Positions 38,174-51,209 of a stretch of 64,000 nucleotides of DNA are shown piece by piece. A program made the translations under genes and the position numbers. Position 1 is the stretch's first letter. Each line of letters opens with the position of its first letter. The stretch comes from Klebsormidium nitens (Eukaryota > Plantae > Klebsormidiophyceae). The stretch covers positions 32,790-96,789 of the forward strand of contig DF237301.1 of assembly GCA_000708835.1 (NCBI GenBank), in the 5' to 3' direction. The notes under the pieces were generated by a model. The model was given only the letters and a program-made list of their open reading frames with translations. It was not told where the DNA came from and made no database searches.

Positions 38174-41100
38174 TTATCGGGGCGACGTTATGACCCCCTC
38201 GAAGCGGAACGGCATACTTATCATGTCATCAAGTGCATTTTCCCGACCATTAGATGATTCTTTCAGCTTCTTCGTCTCTTCCCTCAGACGCGCCACCAAC
38301 CCCCGCGTCTCGTGAAGCTCCTTCTCCGCCCTGCGCGCGCGCGCCAGAGCGGCGACCAACTCCGGCCCTCTCTCCGCTCCATGTCGCCCCGCGTTCCGCG
38401 CAACCTCCGCGCGCAGCAACTCCACCTGCGCCTCCAGCTCCTCCACTCTCCGCCGGGCACGTGTCAGCTTCTCATTCGCCACGCTGAGCTGCTCCTGCCC
38501 CGCGCGCCGTTCCTCGCGGATCGCGACGACTTTCTCGCCCGACTCTTGACTTTCAAACCGGCACGTTTTGAGTTCCGTTTCCAGCGCCGCCTGGCGCTTC
38601 CGCATACGCTCCATTTCCGACTGCAGCTCCCGTTTCTCTTCGCGAAAGCGCGCGAGCCTCTCCTGGAGCTCGCGCACTCCCTCGTGGCGACCTGACCCCC
38701 GCGCGCGCTGCCCTGCATGTCGCCCTTCGGACCGCCGTCGCCGTCCGTGGCTGCCCAACTGATCCTCCTCGCATGTCGTACAGTCCGAGTCGCATCGGCT
38801 GTGCTCCGATTCGTCTTCGAACGCCTTCCGGGTATTGCGCCGCGAGTAACGGTCCAATGAACTCCTGGGGCTTCGTCTCCCCCACTGCTCCTCTTCCCGC
38901 CAGCTATCGCGCTTCAGCCGCGCGCGCAGTCCCGCGCACTCGCGCCGCAACTCGTCGCGCTCCCGCTCCGCCTCCTCAACCTCGCGCCGCAGCGATCCCT
39001 CGCGCGTTCTCAGCGCGGAGACCTCGCGCGATAGCGCTTTCGCCTCGACCAGCTTAATGCGCGCCTCCGCAAGCTCGCAATTCTTGCCCTCCAGTTGTCC
39101 CTTGAGCGCCTCCAAGCACGCAGCCTGCCGCTTCGCCTCGTGCCTCGCCCACGCCAGATCAACCTCTTTCTGATCTTCGTACGTCCGATTCGTCCGTTCC
39201 GGCGTCCGTTCCGTTCCATTCCGCCTCTCCGCTCTGCAAGCTTGGGCAGCGTCCGGATCTCCCGAACGGTCCGTGTCCCGCACCGGCACCTCGTCGAAGT
39301 CGAGCCGCCGGCTCGCCCGGCGCGCCCGCGCGCGCGAATCGTCCTCGGAGTCGCTGACGTCAGATCTGACGACCGCGCGCGTTGCGAATGCGTCACCCGA
39401 GGCGTCGCTTGCCACCCGGCGCGATTCGGGCGACCGTTTCCGGTTGGCCTCAGGCGTTTTGTCGCCCAGGCAGATGAGCATCTCGCGCAGAGTGGTCAGC
39501 TCGTCGCGCAGTCGGAGGGTCTCGTCACGGAGCTCCTCTTCCCTCTCGCGGTGCACAACTTCCTTGCCCTGAGAGGAAAGGACGTCAGCAAAACGTCAGC
39601 AATCAACAAGTGAGGTTTAAAAACTTCTACTTCTTGCGTTCTGGCGACTGCCTTACGTGGGGTCCGCGGCAGCAAAAGCAAAATCAAAGGCCTGGCTGGA
39701 ACAATGTCCTTAGCGGTGGCATCCGCAAGCTAAAGGTTTCGTTGGATAAGTAACGTATCCTCATACGTGCGCTCACAATCGTGTCACGTGAAGGAAAGCA
39801 GAATGCAGTGATTGAAGTCAGAATACCTGTAAAAAGATCGCGGCATGCCACAGCCGATTACGAAACGTAGAAGGGCGATTCATGTCAAGGACCCGGAAGC
39901 TTACACAAGAGTGGCGGGGAGGAGACCAATCTGTTCAGAATTCTGTATATGCAGCTGTATTCGGAGCGACTCTTGTCCAGTATATTCAAATCTTTCTTTC
40001 AAAGGTATACTTGAAAGAGACCCGAATTGAGGACTGAAGTTGAAAACATTGCGCGATCCACCCCACCAACGCGAGACCTCCTCACCTGCAGCTCTATCAG
40101 CTGGCCCCTGACACGCGTCGCCTCCTCATTGACCGCCCGCACCTGCCGCTGGACAGCTGTCAGCTCCTCGTTGGTCTTCTCCTTCTCCTCCTTCACGACC
40201 CTTAGCTCCCCCCTCAGCTTCTGCTCCTTATCCTGCCACGTGTCACTCGCCCGCTGCACGTCCACCAACTGCTTTCTGACACGTGTCAGCTCCTCGCTCG
40301 CCTCCACGAACTGGCGCCGCAACTCCACCGACTCGACCCCCGCCGCTACGGCCGCCTCCGCTTGTTCCGTCTTAACCCGTTTTAGTTCCTCGTTACGGGC
40401 CTCTAGCGCCCGGTCTAGATCGCTAACCCGGTTTTCGAGCTCCTCAACCCGCGCGGCCGTGACTTCGCTCTCGCTTATCCGCCGCTGCACTCGTCGAATG
40501 TGATGGTCCAGGTTTGTTACGGGGCCGTGCTCGCGCGGGCTTGTCGCGCCGCTCGCGCCGCCCGCAAGGTGCGCGAGCGCGCGCGCGGACGCGGCGAGGC
40601 TGTCCTGGAGCGCCTGGATCTCGGCTTCGTGAGCGGTCGTGGTTTCCGCTGCCGCTTTCTCGTCTGCAGGGTGAACAAGAAGTTGGCTTTTAGTGAATCG
40701 AACCTTCGCGGAGAGACTCGCAATCTGCGGCGCTTCCAGGTTGCGTCCAGGAAGCATTCCTCGTAATAAGCTTCTCCAGGGATTGTTAACACCTCCTCAG
40801 GCTTAGCAAGATCCTGTCAGCAGAAGACCATAAAGGTTTGGGCTTCAATCTTGAGTAACGTTGTATTTGAGTGGAACCACAGCGCAAAGCATTAGACTCA
40901 TTTCAATATCGTGTCAATTTTTCATATACCGGACGCACTGTACAGAAGAGCTGCAAAATCCCTTTAGAAGACAAATCGAGTTACGGAACTCCTTTTGTCG
41001 CACCTTCTGCCAGCTTCTTCTTGCAGCGCTGCAGCTCCGCTTCCTTGTCCCCGAGCGCTCGCTCTAGTTGCCGCACCTCCGTCATCTCCACCAGTCCCAG

Positions 41101-44100
41101 CCGCATCTGCGCCTCGTCACGCAGGCGGTCCTCCAGGTCTTCGCTCGCCCTGCGCGCGCGCTCAATCTCCAAACCCTGATTCTGCAGCGCGCCGCGCACT
41201 TCCGCGGCTTCGGCCTTGGCCGACGCGGAATCGGCCTCGGCGGCCGCGCGCGCGCCGCGCTCCGACGTCAGCTCGCGCTCGAGCTGGCGGGCGCGCGCGT
41301 CGCGCTCCTGGAGGGCGTCTTGGGCGGCCTTAAGCTGCAAGCAGAGGGAGGTTCCAATTATCACCTTGAGGAAAAGGCCTGTCTGGGAAGAGGATGAGAA
41401 AAATAAATTTTTCGCTTGTCAAGGGCTCAGGCCTTTGGAAGCAGTTTCTCTTACAGCAGCGTGAAAGGAGACCTTTGTATGATCTGTCTCCGCTCGAATC
41501 TCAAAGTTGAGCGAAGTGCAGTGGACGCCCTCACATAGCCCTCGTATTTAGCCGGCACCAGAGTTACAACACTGGTACAAGAGACGGCGATGTATGATCT
41601 CCTTGGTGTCACTGTGAGTCTTGCTGTCAAGAAGATGTCTTGAGACCACCGGATGATTGGCTTACCTCCCTTCGAGCGTCGTCTTGAATCAGCGCGGCCG
41701 CCTCCTCCGCCTCCCTGCGCGCTTGCGCCGCGGCTTTCTCCGCGGCCGCCACCTCGCTCTCCATCGACACCCGCCGGTGGCGCGTGTACTTCTGACGCCA
41801 CTCGTCGGCCTATGAGCGTTTAATGTGTGGTTTGAGAAGGTTGAACTGGAGACGCGGTATAAGCCAGAAAGACTGCTTGCGAAGAAGAAATTGTTTAATC
41901 GGCTTGATTAAGGGCGGAAAGTTGCGAGACAGTATAATGGAATCAGGCATAATTATTGCCAAAAAAGCTGATTTTGAAGAGTTGTGGTGACTGGAGGCCG
42001 GATCAGCGACTAGAAAAGCTTCTTGCGAGGTAGTGAATCCGAAAGGGTAAGGGACGGGTATTTTTGACGGATTCGGAAGCTCACGTAGTACGACAGGTAG
42101 GTTCTGAGATTCACAAGGACGAATTACACACTGTCGCTTGTCGAAGACACGTGTAAATGGAAGTAGCCAGAGTCTCTTTCAGTGCGTCGTGATGAGGAAG
42201 TGATCGTTCTGAGCACTCAGAAGTTCCCTGATACAAATAAACCAGTTTTGAAGGGGGAAAATCGGAAAATTCAGTAATGTATCGACGTTCAATCCGCCCA
42301 CCTCGTTCTCGAGCTTCAGTTGCTTCTGCCGCAACTCCGACAGCTCCGTCTCCTTCCGCTTGGCGTAATCGATCCGTCCTTCCGCTTGGAGGGCAGCGGT
42401 CTCGTACTGCCTCGCTTTCGTCTGTCAGGGTGAATGACATAGTATCTTGAAAACAGGTCTTTGTCTTTTCCAGATTGGGATTGCATACCAAAACAACCAC
42501 CAATTGTACCCAAACTCAGCGCAGCTGTTATCTGAGCCGTTCAATGGAACTTCGGATTAACGAAGGTACCGTACTTCAACACGACCTTTCATATCTGATT
42601 GCATATACGTCCACCGACAATTCCTCAAAGCTTTTGAGCCCACAGAACCAGACGCAAATGCGGCCTGATCAATTGATCACAATCCGCAGATGCTAAAAGA
42701 ACATTCCCGAAGTTGGATGAGCTATGGTGGTTTGCCAACCTCACCTTCCATTCATCCAGTTCCAAAGCAAGCTTCTTCGCGAACCGCTCGCTGGCGGCAA
42801 GTTCCTCTTCGAGGAAGGCCACCCGTTGGCGCTCCTTCTCCAGCGCGCGCGCGAGCTCTTGCACCTCACCCCGGAGGTCGTCCGACAGGCTGGAAGACAA
42901 ATTCAAAAAAATGAATATAAGGTCAAAAGTTTAGGTAGATTTGGTCCGTTTCGAGATAGGTTCAGTAGTGGGACACTACACTAGTAAGTGGGACACTACA
43001 GCAGTAAGTGAACTTTGACCAAAGTTTGACATGCCCACTTGACCCGGTAACCGCCGACATCCGTACTCCGGACAACATCTTGCCAACATTCAATTTCGTC
43101 TCAAATCTACATCCAAAAATACTGCTGGAGAGCTATGACGAGACGGTGTAAGCACGAACGGGTCTACAAAAGCCGACTTTGAAATAAGGAGAGCCAACGC
43201 GGAAGAAGGACTCGAGCTCAGGTCAAAAGCAATGCAGAATCAGCACCGGGCTCTTTGGGTTTCTTCAGAGGTCAGAGGGACGTGGGAGACATGTAAGCAA
43301 GGGAAAAGTGCTACGATTCATTGATCCGAGTGGCAATGACTTGCAGAACAAGGAAGCAGGTGTCGAAGCAAAATTTGGTGTCGACAGGGATGTTAAGGGA
43401 CCGAAACGCTTTTACTTCGTTGGAGGACACCGAAAAGCAGAGAAGACTAAAGAAAGAGGTTCGAAGTAAGATGGACCCCTTCCAGACAAGATTAGAAGTG
43501 GTTAATCTCGGATCTCTCACCCTCTGTCTTCGGCTGGCGTCCGCCTAGTATGGCTCACGTGCCCCTCGCGGTGTTGACTTTTCCGGGGTGTCTGCAGAGA
43601 AACATGCTAGCTGATTACGTCTATCTCAAAACCATTGACAATATCGCCACGGTGCTTTCAGGTGGAATAGTAAAACAGTATGCTACGTATTCTTATATGA
43701 TACATATTTCCTTTGAAGATACATTCAAACCGCCAATTACCATCATCGAATCACATGGAGCAAAATGAGTTCCGAAGCAGCTCAACCAGCAGCTAAGAAA
43801 CGGCTCCTGGAGTTCTTCATGCGAGCAGCCTTTCAGCAAGAAATCAGAACCCAAGAGGATCAAGACTCGCCGCTCAAGACATGCAGGAATACAAGCTCAC
43901 CTTGTCATTGTTCATGGCGCCGCTGTCTGGCGCATCCCCCTTTCTCCACGCATCCTCATCCCTCGTCGGCGTTCCGGTGCGGCTCGAAGTCTTCACCGCA
44001 GCTTTCTGCTCTTGCAATCCGTTTTCTCCAGCGGAAACTTTCTCTCCAACCTTGTTCTTTCTGCTGCTCTCTTCCCGCGCCTCGCTGAGATCTTCTCTAC

Positions 44101-47100
44101 CCCGTTCCCTCGTAGGGGACCCCGCCACGCTGTTGCTCCGCTTTTTGGGCGACAGCTCCTCCTTGAACCTCGACACGTGTGTCGCCCCCTTCGGAGAGGC
44201 GGGGAGGCTCCTCGGGACGGCGCTGCCCCACGGCCGCCGAGGTGACGTCAGCGAGTCCCCGGGTGACGTCGGCGCGACGAAGGACCGCCGGACGGACCCC
44301 AGAGGCGACTTGGGCGTTGTGCTGTGGATCTGCCGGGCGGCGGATGACGTCCGTGGTGACGTAGCAACCGGTGACGTGGCAATCGACCTTCGTCGGCCAG
44401 TTGGGGAAGATGCGCGGGAAGTTGCTCTGGTCGGTGAAAGGACGATTGACGAGTGGCGTGAGCGGCCAACGGAGGGGCTTCGTGACCGGTTAACGGGTCT
44501 TTCCGTTACTGTGCTTTCCCGCCGGCTCTTGTCAGAGTGTGGTGCTTTCCTGGGGGTAATTCTGCCCGTCATTTCGTCCCCCTCTTTCCCTCCTAGTGCC
44601 TCCAATTCCTTCGCCGCTCGAGAGCTAGCGCGTCTGCTACTCGGCTCCGTATCGCCCCCGCTCTCGTTCTCCTCCCGAGCACGGCTCGACCTCCGGCTCT
44701 CCGTCGGGCTCTCAGGGGTGCCACGTGTCCAGCTCTGAGACCGTCTCCGTGGACTGCTCTCACCCGTTTCTCCGTGAGAGTCGGTATGCCGACGAGTGCC
44801 ATCTCGACTCGGGCTCCGTCCCCGCTCTGTCGCAGACGCGAAACTTTTGCGCGGACTCGTGAGCGCAGCCTTCAGCAAACTGTGCTCCCTGCTGTTGGCC
44901 AGAGGCGACCGCCCGCGGGGACTGTGCGACCCGAGCGGCGACCGCGCGCCGCTGCTGCGGGGCGACCGGTCGCCGGAATTGCCCGTCCGCGACACGGAGG
45001 ACCGCCCCGAGGACAGCAGCTGCGCCTTGCGCTCCTGCGCGGCTCGCCCGGTAGGAGTCCCCGACCGCGACTTTGACTTGGGGGAGGCGGGGCTGGCGGA
45101 GCGCGTGCTTTTCGGCGAAGTCCCTGCATCAATGGCAAAGGATCAAGAACAGGCGCCGGGGCATTGTGAGCTTTTGGTCGTGCAGAATAGATTCGCGCAC
45201 CTCCCAAGTGGCGAGCCGTTTCTAATCGCTCCTCCTAGAGAATTGTAGTTGCTCTTATAGAGGAATAGAAGATAGACTGTTGGCGAGCCAATCCTATCCG
45301 CTCCTCAAAGATGCTCTACTTGAAAAATTGAAGATTGATTGTCGTGCTAGTGAACCGTGTCCGCTCACCGGCCAGGGTTTCCAGCAGCGCAAGGGGGGAG
45401 GTCCGGGAAGGGGTTCGATCGGACTGCGGGGTTTCGCGGCCGCGCATCGCGGCCGCGACGGCCAGATCGGCCGCCGCGATGGCCGCGTTTATGGAGGACC
45501 GCGCCCGGGTGGATCCGTCAACGGACCGGGGGGAATTGTCTCGTTCCGCGAGCGAGGATTCCGCTCGGCTAGAGCTCCGCTCCTCTTTGTCCGCCAACAG
45601 CGAAATTCTGGAGGTTCTACGTGTTTCTTCTCCGTCAAACGGGAAATCCGCTCGGGCTGAAGCGCTCCTCGATGCTGTCTCCTTACCAGAATGTCGGTAG
45701 GAGCTTGCCCTGCTTGCCGGTCTTTCCTCGACTTCCCCAGAGTCGCGGTAAGAGCTTGCCCGACTCGCCAGTCTTTCCTCCCGCTCCGCCCTTGTTTCTG
45801 CTACGCTTTGGACGCTTCCCTTGGGGGAGCTCCTCAAACTTTCAGCGCCCCGTAGCTCGTCAAGTCTCGAGCTTCGCATCTGTGTGTCTAGGCGCTCATC
45901 ACTACGGAGGCTCGAGCCTCGGCCCAGGTCCCTTTCTGCTAGAGGGCTGCCTTTGATGGAACCCCTGACACTGCGATCCCCTCCAAACTCGTCCCGGACT
46001 GACGGTTGCGAGGTGGTGTCAAGCCGACTTGCCCCTCGCTCAGACGGCTGCTTTCTGTCCCCTTCTCCAAGGGAACTTGCCCGGCTTGAGCCCAGAAAGT
46101 CCCCTCGTTCTTCCAAGTCTCTTAAACCAGCCCTACTGGAACCGCCAGAAACTCTTACGTCTCTGTACTCTTCAGTCCGTGGAGTTGACCGATGTGAAAA
46201 CTCGTCAGCATGACGACTTCCCTGCCGCGATGACGCACGTGTGCTATGAAGCCCGTCTGCCGGGATGCTTTCTCCACGGACGCTGTTTGTTCGCTCTTCC
46301 TTGGGAAGCAGATGAGAGAGACTGACACTAGACCGGCGCCTCCTTTCTGATACTGCGCTGCTGTGCACACTTCCCTCTGCTGGGTACCGTAGATTCGCAC
46401 TCCCCTCCCTGGACCTTGCACTGCCGATTGCAGATGCGGCTACCGGACTCTGCCCCTGACTGCTACCAATCCGGGACGCGCCGCGAGACTGCGACTTCTC
46501 GCTGGCCCCCAGTGTGGTCCGCAAATGCTCAGAGTCCTGGCCATTGCTGACGCGGCTCCGGTCCGAAAGCTGGCCCCTGCGCCCCTGTCCGCGGTCCGCA
46601 TCGCCGTCCAAACCCTCCCGGTCATCGTCCGAAGCAACCGACTGGCTCCCCACGAAGCTGCTCCGACTGGACAGCTGCGTCGAGCTCGGGATCTCGATAA
46701 AGAGCCCTTTGCGCTTGGAGGGTGACGACGTGAACACTAGCGGGGAGATTATGTCTTCCTTTGCCGTCCAAGGCGACAGCGGATTTCCTTCTGGAGGGGC
46801 CTCCTTTGACCCCTTCTTCTTCTTCGGCGCTTGCTTTCCTTCCGCCCCGCTGTTCCTGCTTTTATTCGTTGCTGCTCCCAGAGACGACGCCTTGCTCGTT
46901 CTCCTGAGACTCGAAAGCCCCGCGGTCTTTTTTGCCACCTCCTTTGGCTTTGGGATCCCAGACTTGGCCCCAGCCCGGCCAGCTTTGACTGTACTCTTGA
47001 GAAGCTTTGGCTTGAGCACTGTTGTGACTACTTCCACCCCTCCCAAGGAGCTCCGCTTCGACCTGCTTAACCCCTTTTCTGACCCGATTTGGGACCGTAT

Positions 47101-47330
47101 TTCTGCAGGGTCCACCTCGCTCCCGCTCAGCGAAGACCTCCGAGAACTAGATGCGGAAACGACGCTCATTGCCGTGGTAAAGATGGGAAGGCTGGCCCTC
47201 GTGTCAGGGCTGTCAACCTGGCGAAACGACATCAGGGGGTCGTAGTCCCAGGGGTGCCGCTCCCCCCTGGTTATGTTGAAGATGGCGCTGTTGTTGCGCA
47301 CATGCTGGCTGACTTCCGCCATCGGATTAG
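38174..47330 (-). CDS. Large Ser/Arg-rich disordered plus coiled-coil protein (~2000 aa), unknown function; exons 47330-45369, 45123-43901, 43591-43521, 42889-42745, 42421-42302, 41809-41666, 41334-41004, 40663-40086, 39568-38174; tentative upstream exons 49078-48907 and 47959-47927
   Basis: Long ORFs of 682, 373, 252 and 460 aa join through phase-compatible GT-AG junctions. The C-terminal half is rich in E/R/L/A heptads. The upstream exons need a GC donor at 48906 and are uncertain; ATG 47322 is the alternative start. Confidence 0.78.
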
Positions 47331-50300
47331 CTGCATGAAAGAGAATCTCTGTTCTGTATGCCACTCAGGCTAAGCCTTACCCAAAAGGAAGTTGGCAAGA
47401 AAGAGACACTGTCTTCTTCAGAAGTGGATTGCACCAGATAGGCAGAGGCATCCGCACAGACCTGTGAAAACCGTTTACCGGGTGTATTAATCCTCAGAGC
47501 TGAACTAATCTGGTAAGAGTGGATTGCAAGAGCTGCTTTTCAACAGCTACATCAATGCTGCAAGGTCGATTTTAGGAGACCCAAGTCTGATGATTGATAA
47601 AAGCCATAGAGACAATGAGATGTTCAATTCTGGGCTACTTTGGCATGTTGGCAATTCATTGACAAGACTGGTGGCTCCATGAGACTCCACTGCCCATTGG
47701 ACCCTGCTCTCTTTACGACCTGACTGCCTGAAGAACGTGCTCCTTTTTAGTTGAGCAAACACGGTGGGACAGCAGGAGTCTCCGAGCCCTCAAAAGTTGT
47801 TCGTTTGAGCGAGGCCCAAAAGCATTGCACCTTGCATGATTGGTTTTCTCAACCATCCGACAATACCATCCGAAGATCTCTATTGCACTGTGAAGGTAAG
47901 CTTTCTATTTGGTGAGCTTTTCTTACCTGGCCCCTGTATGTCCAGCGGTGTAGCTGCTCCTGTTAATGAAAGCGGTAATCCTCCATGCGGCAAATGCGGC
48001 ACTCAGAACGTCCCCCGTTTTCTGATTGGACCTCTGAAAGGGGTCTAAATAGCTCGCTGTCTAACGAGCGGGATGTCCGAAAATTGGCCCCAGCTCAAAG
48101 CCGTTGCCAAGCATTGGCAGGCTTTTTCAAGCTAGTGTTATGAGCTCCCCAGCTTGCTCGGACAGCTAGCAAAAGGGAACCTTAAGAAAACGGGGCCTAC
48201 ATTCGTCAGAACATCAGCCATGGAAATCTCTTATGCTCGTGTTAATGTGATGTCCCAATAGCCCACTAAGACCTGCATATCTCTCTGCCATGCAACCTAG
48301 TTTGACGTCAATGTAGGCCCCACAAGCAGCCGGGGATGTATATTACTGAAGTCTTGACTGTTCAATGCTCGACCTTCGCTCTCTGAAGCTGATGCATAAA
48401 TGGCCCACTCTTATCTGTGGCTCGCCAGCTCTTCAGTCAACAGGCGGTTGAGCTGAATAATACAATGCAGCAGACTTACAGCTGAATGTCAGCGACCCCT
48501 ACATTCAACCTACTTTTGGACACAACCACAGCTATCCTGGTCAGTGGCGCTGCGAAGCTGTCATGAAGTAGCTGCATCCTCGTTAGTCAGCTTTTGAGAA
48601 AGTCTTCTCAGTGAGCTTCGGTTGAGTTGCACCTCAAACAAACGATTCCGGAGTGGGTCAGCTTGACGACATACTGAGCAATTTTCATCAGAGAGGGGCG
48701 GATGCAGCTACTGGCATAGATAGAGCGGACAACCTGCATGCATGCCCTTCAACCCGCCAACTTTCTCCTAGTGATGCAGTACGCCCACCATAGTGTAGTC
48801 TGTATTCTGTAGACTGTAGATCCAGAGGGCGATCTGCACGCATATCGGCCATATATCGGCTTGCCTATGTCGCTGACCAACTGACGCCTAATTGAAAGCT
48901 GATTGCCTGTACGCAGTGGTTTTCGCCGTCGAGCTACGGTATCTTGACGGTCCGGATTAATATCGACTAGACGGGGTTGCGCGGCCGCGGCACTAGGGAC
49001 GGGCGGCCGCGCTGTCCGTCGGTCCGACGCCTCGTCCTCTGAGATTGGGTACGGACGGACAGCCGCAAGCTGCGCCATGAGAAGCAAGCGGCTCATAGGC
49101 CTACCTTGCACAGCTTGGTTAGTCTACTCATCACTACGGTCTTGATGCAATGATAGATGTTATCTGCAGCTCGCCCACCGCCCACCACACATGGCTGTTG
49201 GATTGTTGGAAAGGCGGGCCTTGGCCTGAGTTTAATCCGGTGATTGGGCAAAGAGCCATCTCTGCTAATTCTACGTTACCGGTAATTGACTCGGCGTGGG
49301 AACGTCTGGGGGCCATGCACGTCCACGCTTACCACTGTCAAGGCAGTGCACCTGGTCACGACTTCTCAAGCACTACACCATGACTGACTAGTGCTGCCAG
49401 CGTGCCGCCCGATGCATGCACATATGTATGTTTGGGCCCTTGCGTGACGGCCTTCTTACTGCTTATTCAGCCATGTTGAAAATCCGACGATCCTTTAGTT
49501 CTGACACGCATGAAGCTATATGGGCGTAGATTTTTTCTTCCTAAGCAAGAGGATCAACCTTTTGAAAAAAGGAAGGCTATCTCTTTTGATGCACTGTGCT
49601 ATGTTCTAACTCGAACTCGACTAGTAAATGCGGGCACCCAGATTCCCTGAATGATAACCCTCTTTATACTGGTTGCAGTAGTAGAAGCTCGATGTTCCGT
49701 TTACAAGAACCTAGGTCTTTCGAAGCGGAATTGAACAGCTCATGACGTCAAACGCTCAACACAACGTTCAAACGGCGGAAGCAACGCGACGCAGGCAGCC
49801 ATCCGTACTCTACCACGTTTTCGTACGACTATGCTCCCNNNNNNNNNNNNNNNNNNNNNNNNNNNNNNNNNNNNNNNNNNNNNNNNNNNNNNNNNNNNNN
49901 NNNNNNNNNNNNNNNNNNNNNNNNNNNNNNNNNNNNNNNNNNNNNNNNNNNNNNNNNNNNNNNNNNNNNNNNNNNNNNNNNNNNNNNNNNNNNNNNNNNN
50001 NNNNNNNNNNNNNNNNNNNNNNNNNNNNNNNNNNNNNNNNNNNNNNNNNNNNNNNNNNNNNNNNNNNNNNNNNNNNNNNNNNNNNNNNNNNNNNNNNNNN
50101 NNNNNNNNNNNNNNNNNNNNNNNNNNNNNNNNNNNNNNNNNNNNNNNNNNNNNNNNNNNNNNNNNNNNNNNNNNNNNNNNNNNNNNNNNNNNNNNNNNNN
50201 NNNNNNNNNNNNNNNNNNNNNNNNNNNNNNNNNNNNNNNNNNNNNNNNNNNNNNNNNNNNNNNNNNNNNNNNNNNNNNNNNNNNNNNNNNNNNNNNNNNN

Positions 50301-51209
50301 NNNNNNNNNNNNNNNNNNNNNNNNNNNNNNNNNNNNNNNNNNNNNNNNNNNNNNNNNNNNNNNNNNNNNNNNNNNNNNNNNNNNNNNNNNNNNNNNNNNN
50401 NNNNNNNNCTAGCGTATCTTGCCACCTTGAGCACTAGTGCATGAGCGTGACATCTTCCTTGTGACATCCACGTGGCATGCTTGTTCACAGCGGCACGTTG
50501 GGCACTTGAGCTACTTAACATTCACCCGCTTTCCCCACTTGAGCTTTCTTCTCAATCGACATACCGCGGCTCGTTGGAGTGAGATAAGATTTTGCTATTT
50601 CACGTAGCTTATTACATAGGCATCATGCTTTTTCGCTTCGACTGCATATGTTGAACGCACCCGACACGGCACAGCCTCGACTCATTACGGCACGACATCC
50701 CTGTCGCATTCAGAAACACGCAGATCTGACTATCTGACAAAAAAGCACAATAGTGGTGCGCTCCTCTCGAAACGAACAACAATCTTGATTGCAACTATTG
50801 ATGCGTGCAGGAAAGGCGGTGAACCATTTTGCCGCAGCTGAGTAGGCCAAGTCCTCCAGATCACTTTGTGACAGGGCGCGATTTGGAGGTCCTACCAAGT
50901 GTGATACACAGCAGCGGGTGAAGATTCTGAGAAGTCACAAGTACGACTCGACACAAGTGAGAGAGTGTTCAGTAAACACGAAAACGAAAAACGGGTTCGA
51001 CTTTCAGTACCTACATTCCTGAAGTCCAAGTCTGTACGCAATGGATCAGTACCTCGAAGCTGCTGCTTAAGCCCTAAAAGGAAGCATGGGTTCAAGTGGT
51101 GAAGTGGTGGACTAGCTTCTTCACAAAACTTTGGCAATCAGGTTTAAGGCCGCACACTATTTGCGCGCTCTTTCTGAGAAGTGTACAGGTGCAGCACTGT
51201 ACAACATTT

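Noticed and set aside
38254-47245. Many plus-strand ORFs (e.g. 43881-44738, 46514-47245, 39095-39613)
   Set aside because: Antisense shadows of the GC-rich exons of the minus-strand coiled-coil gene.
49742-50521. ORFs of 193-231 aa around the second gap
   Set aside because: Almost entirely X from the 570-N gap.
50612-51137. Short protein-like minus-strand segments downstream of the lysozyme-like gene
   Set aside because: Could not be joined into a phase-consistent gene model, and the adjacent gap hides context.
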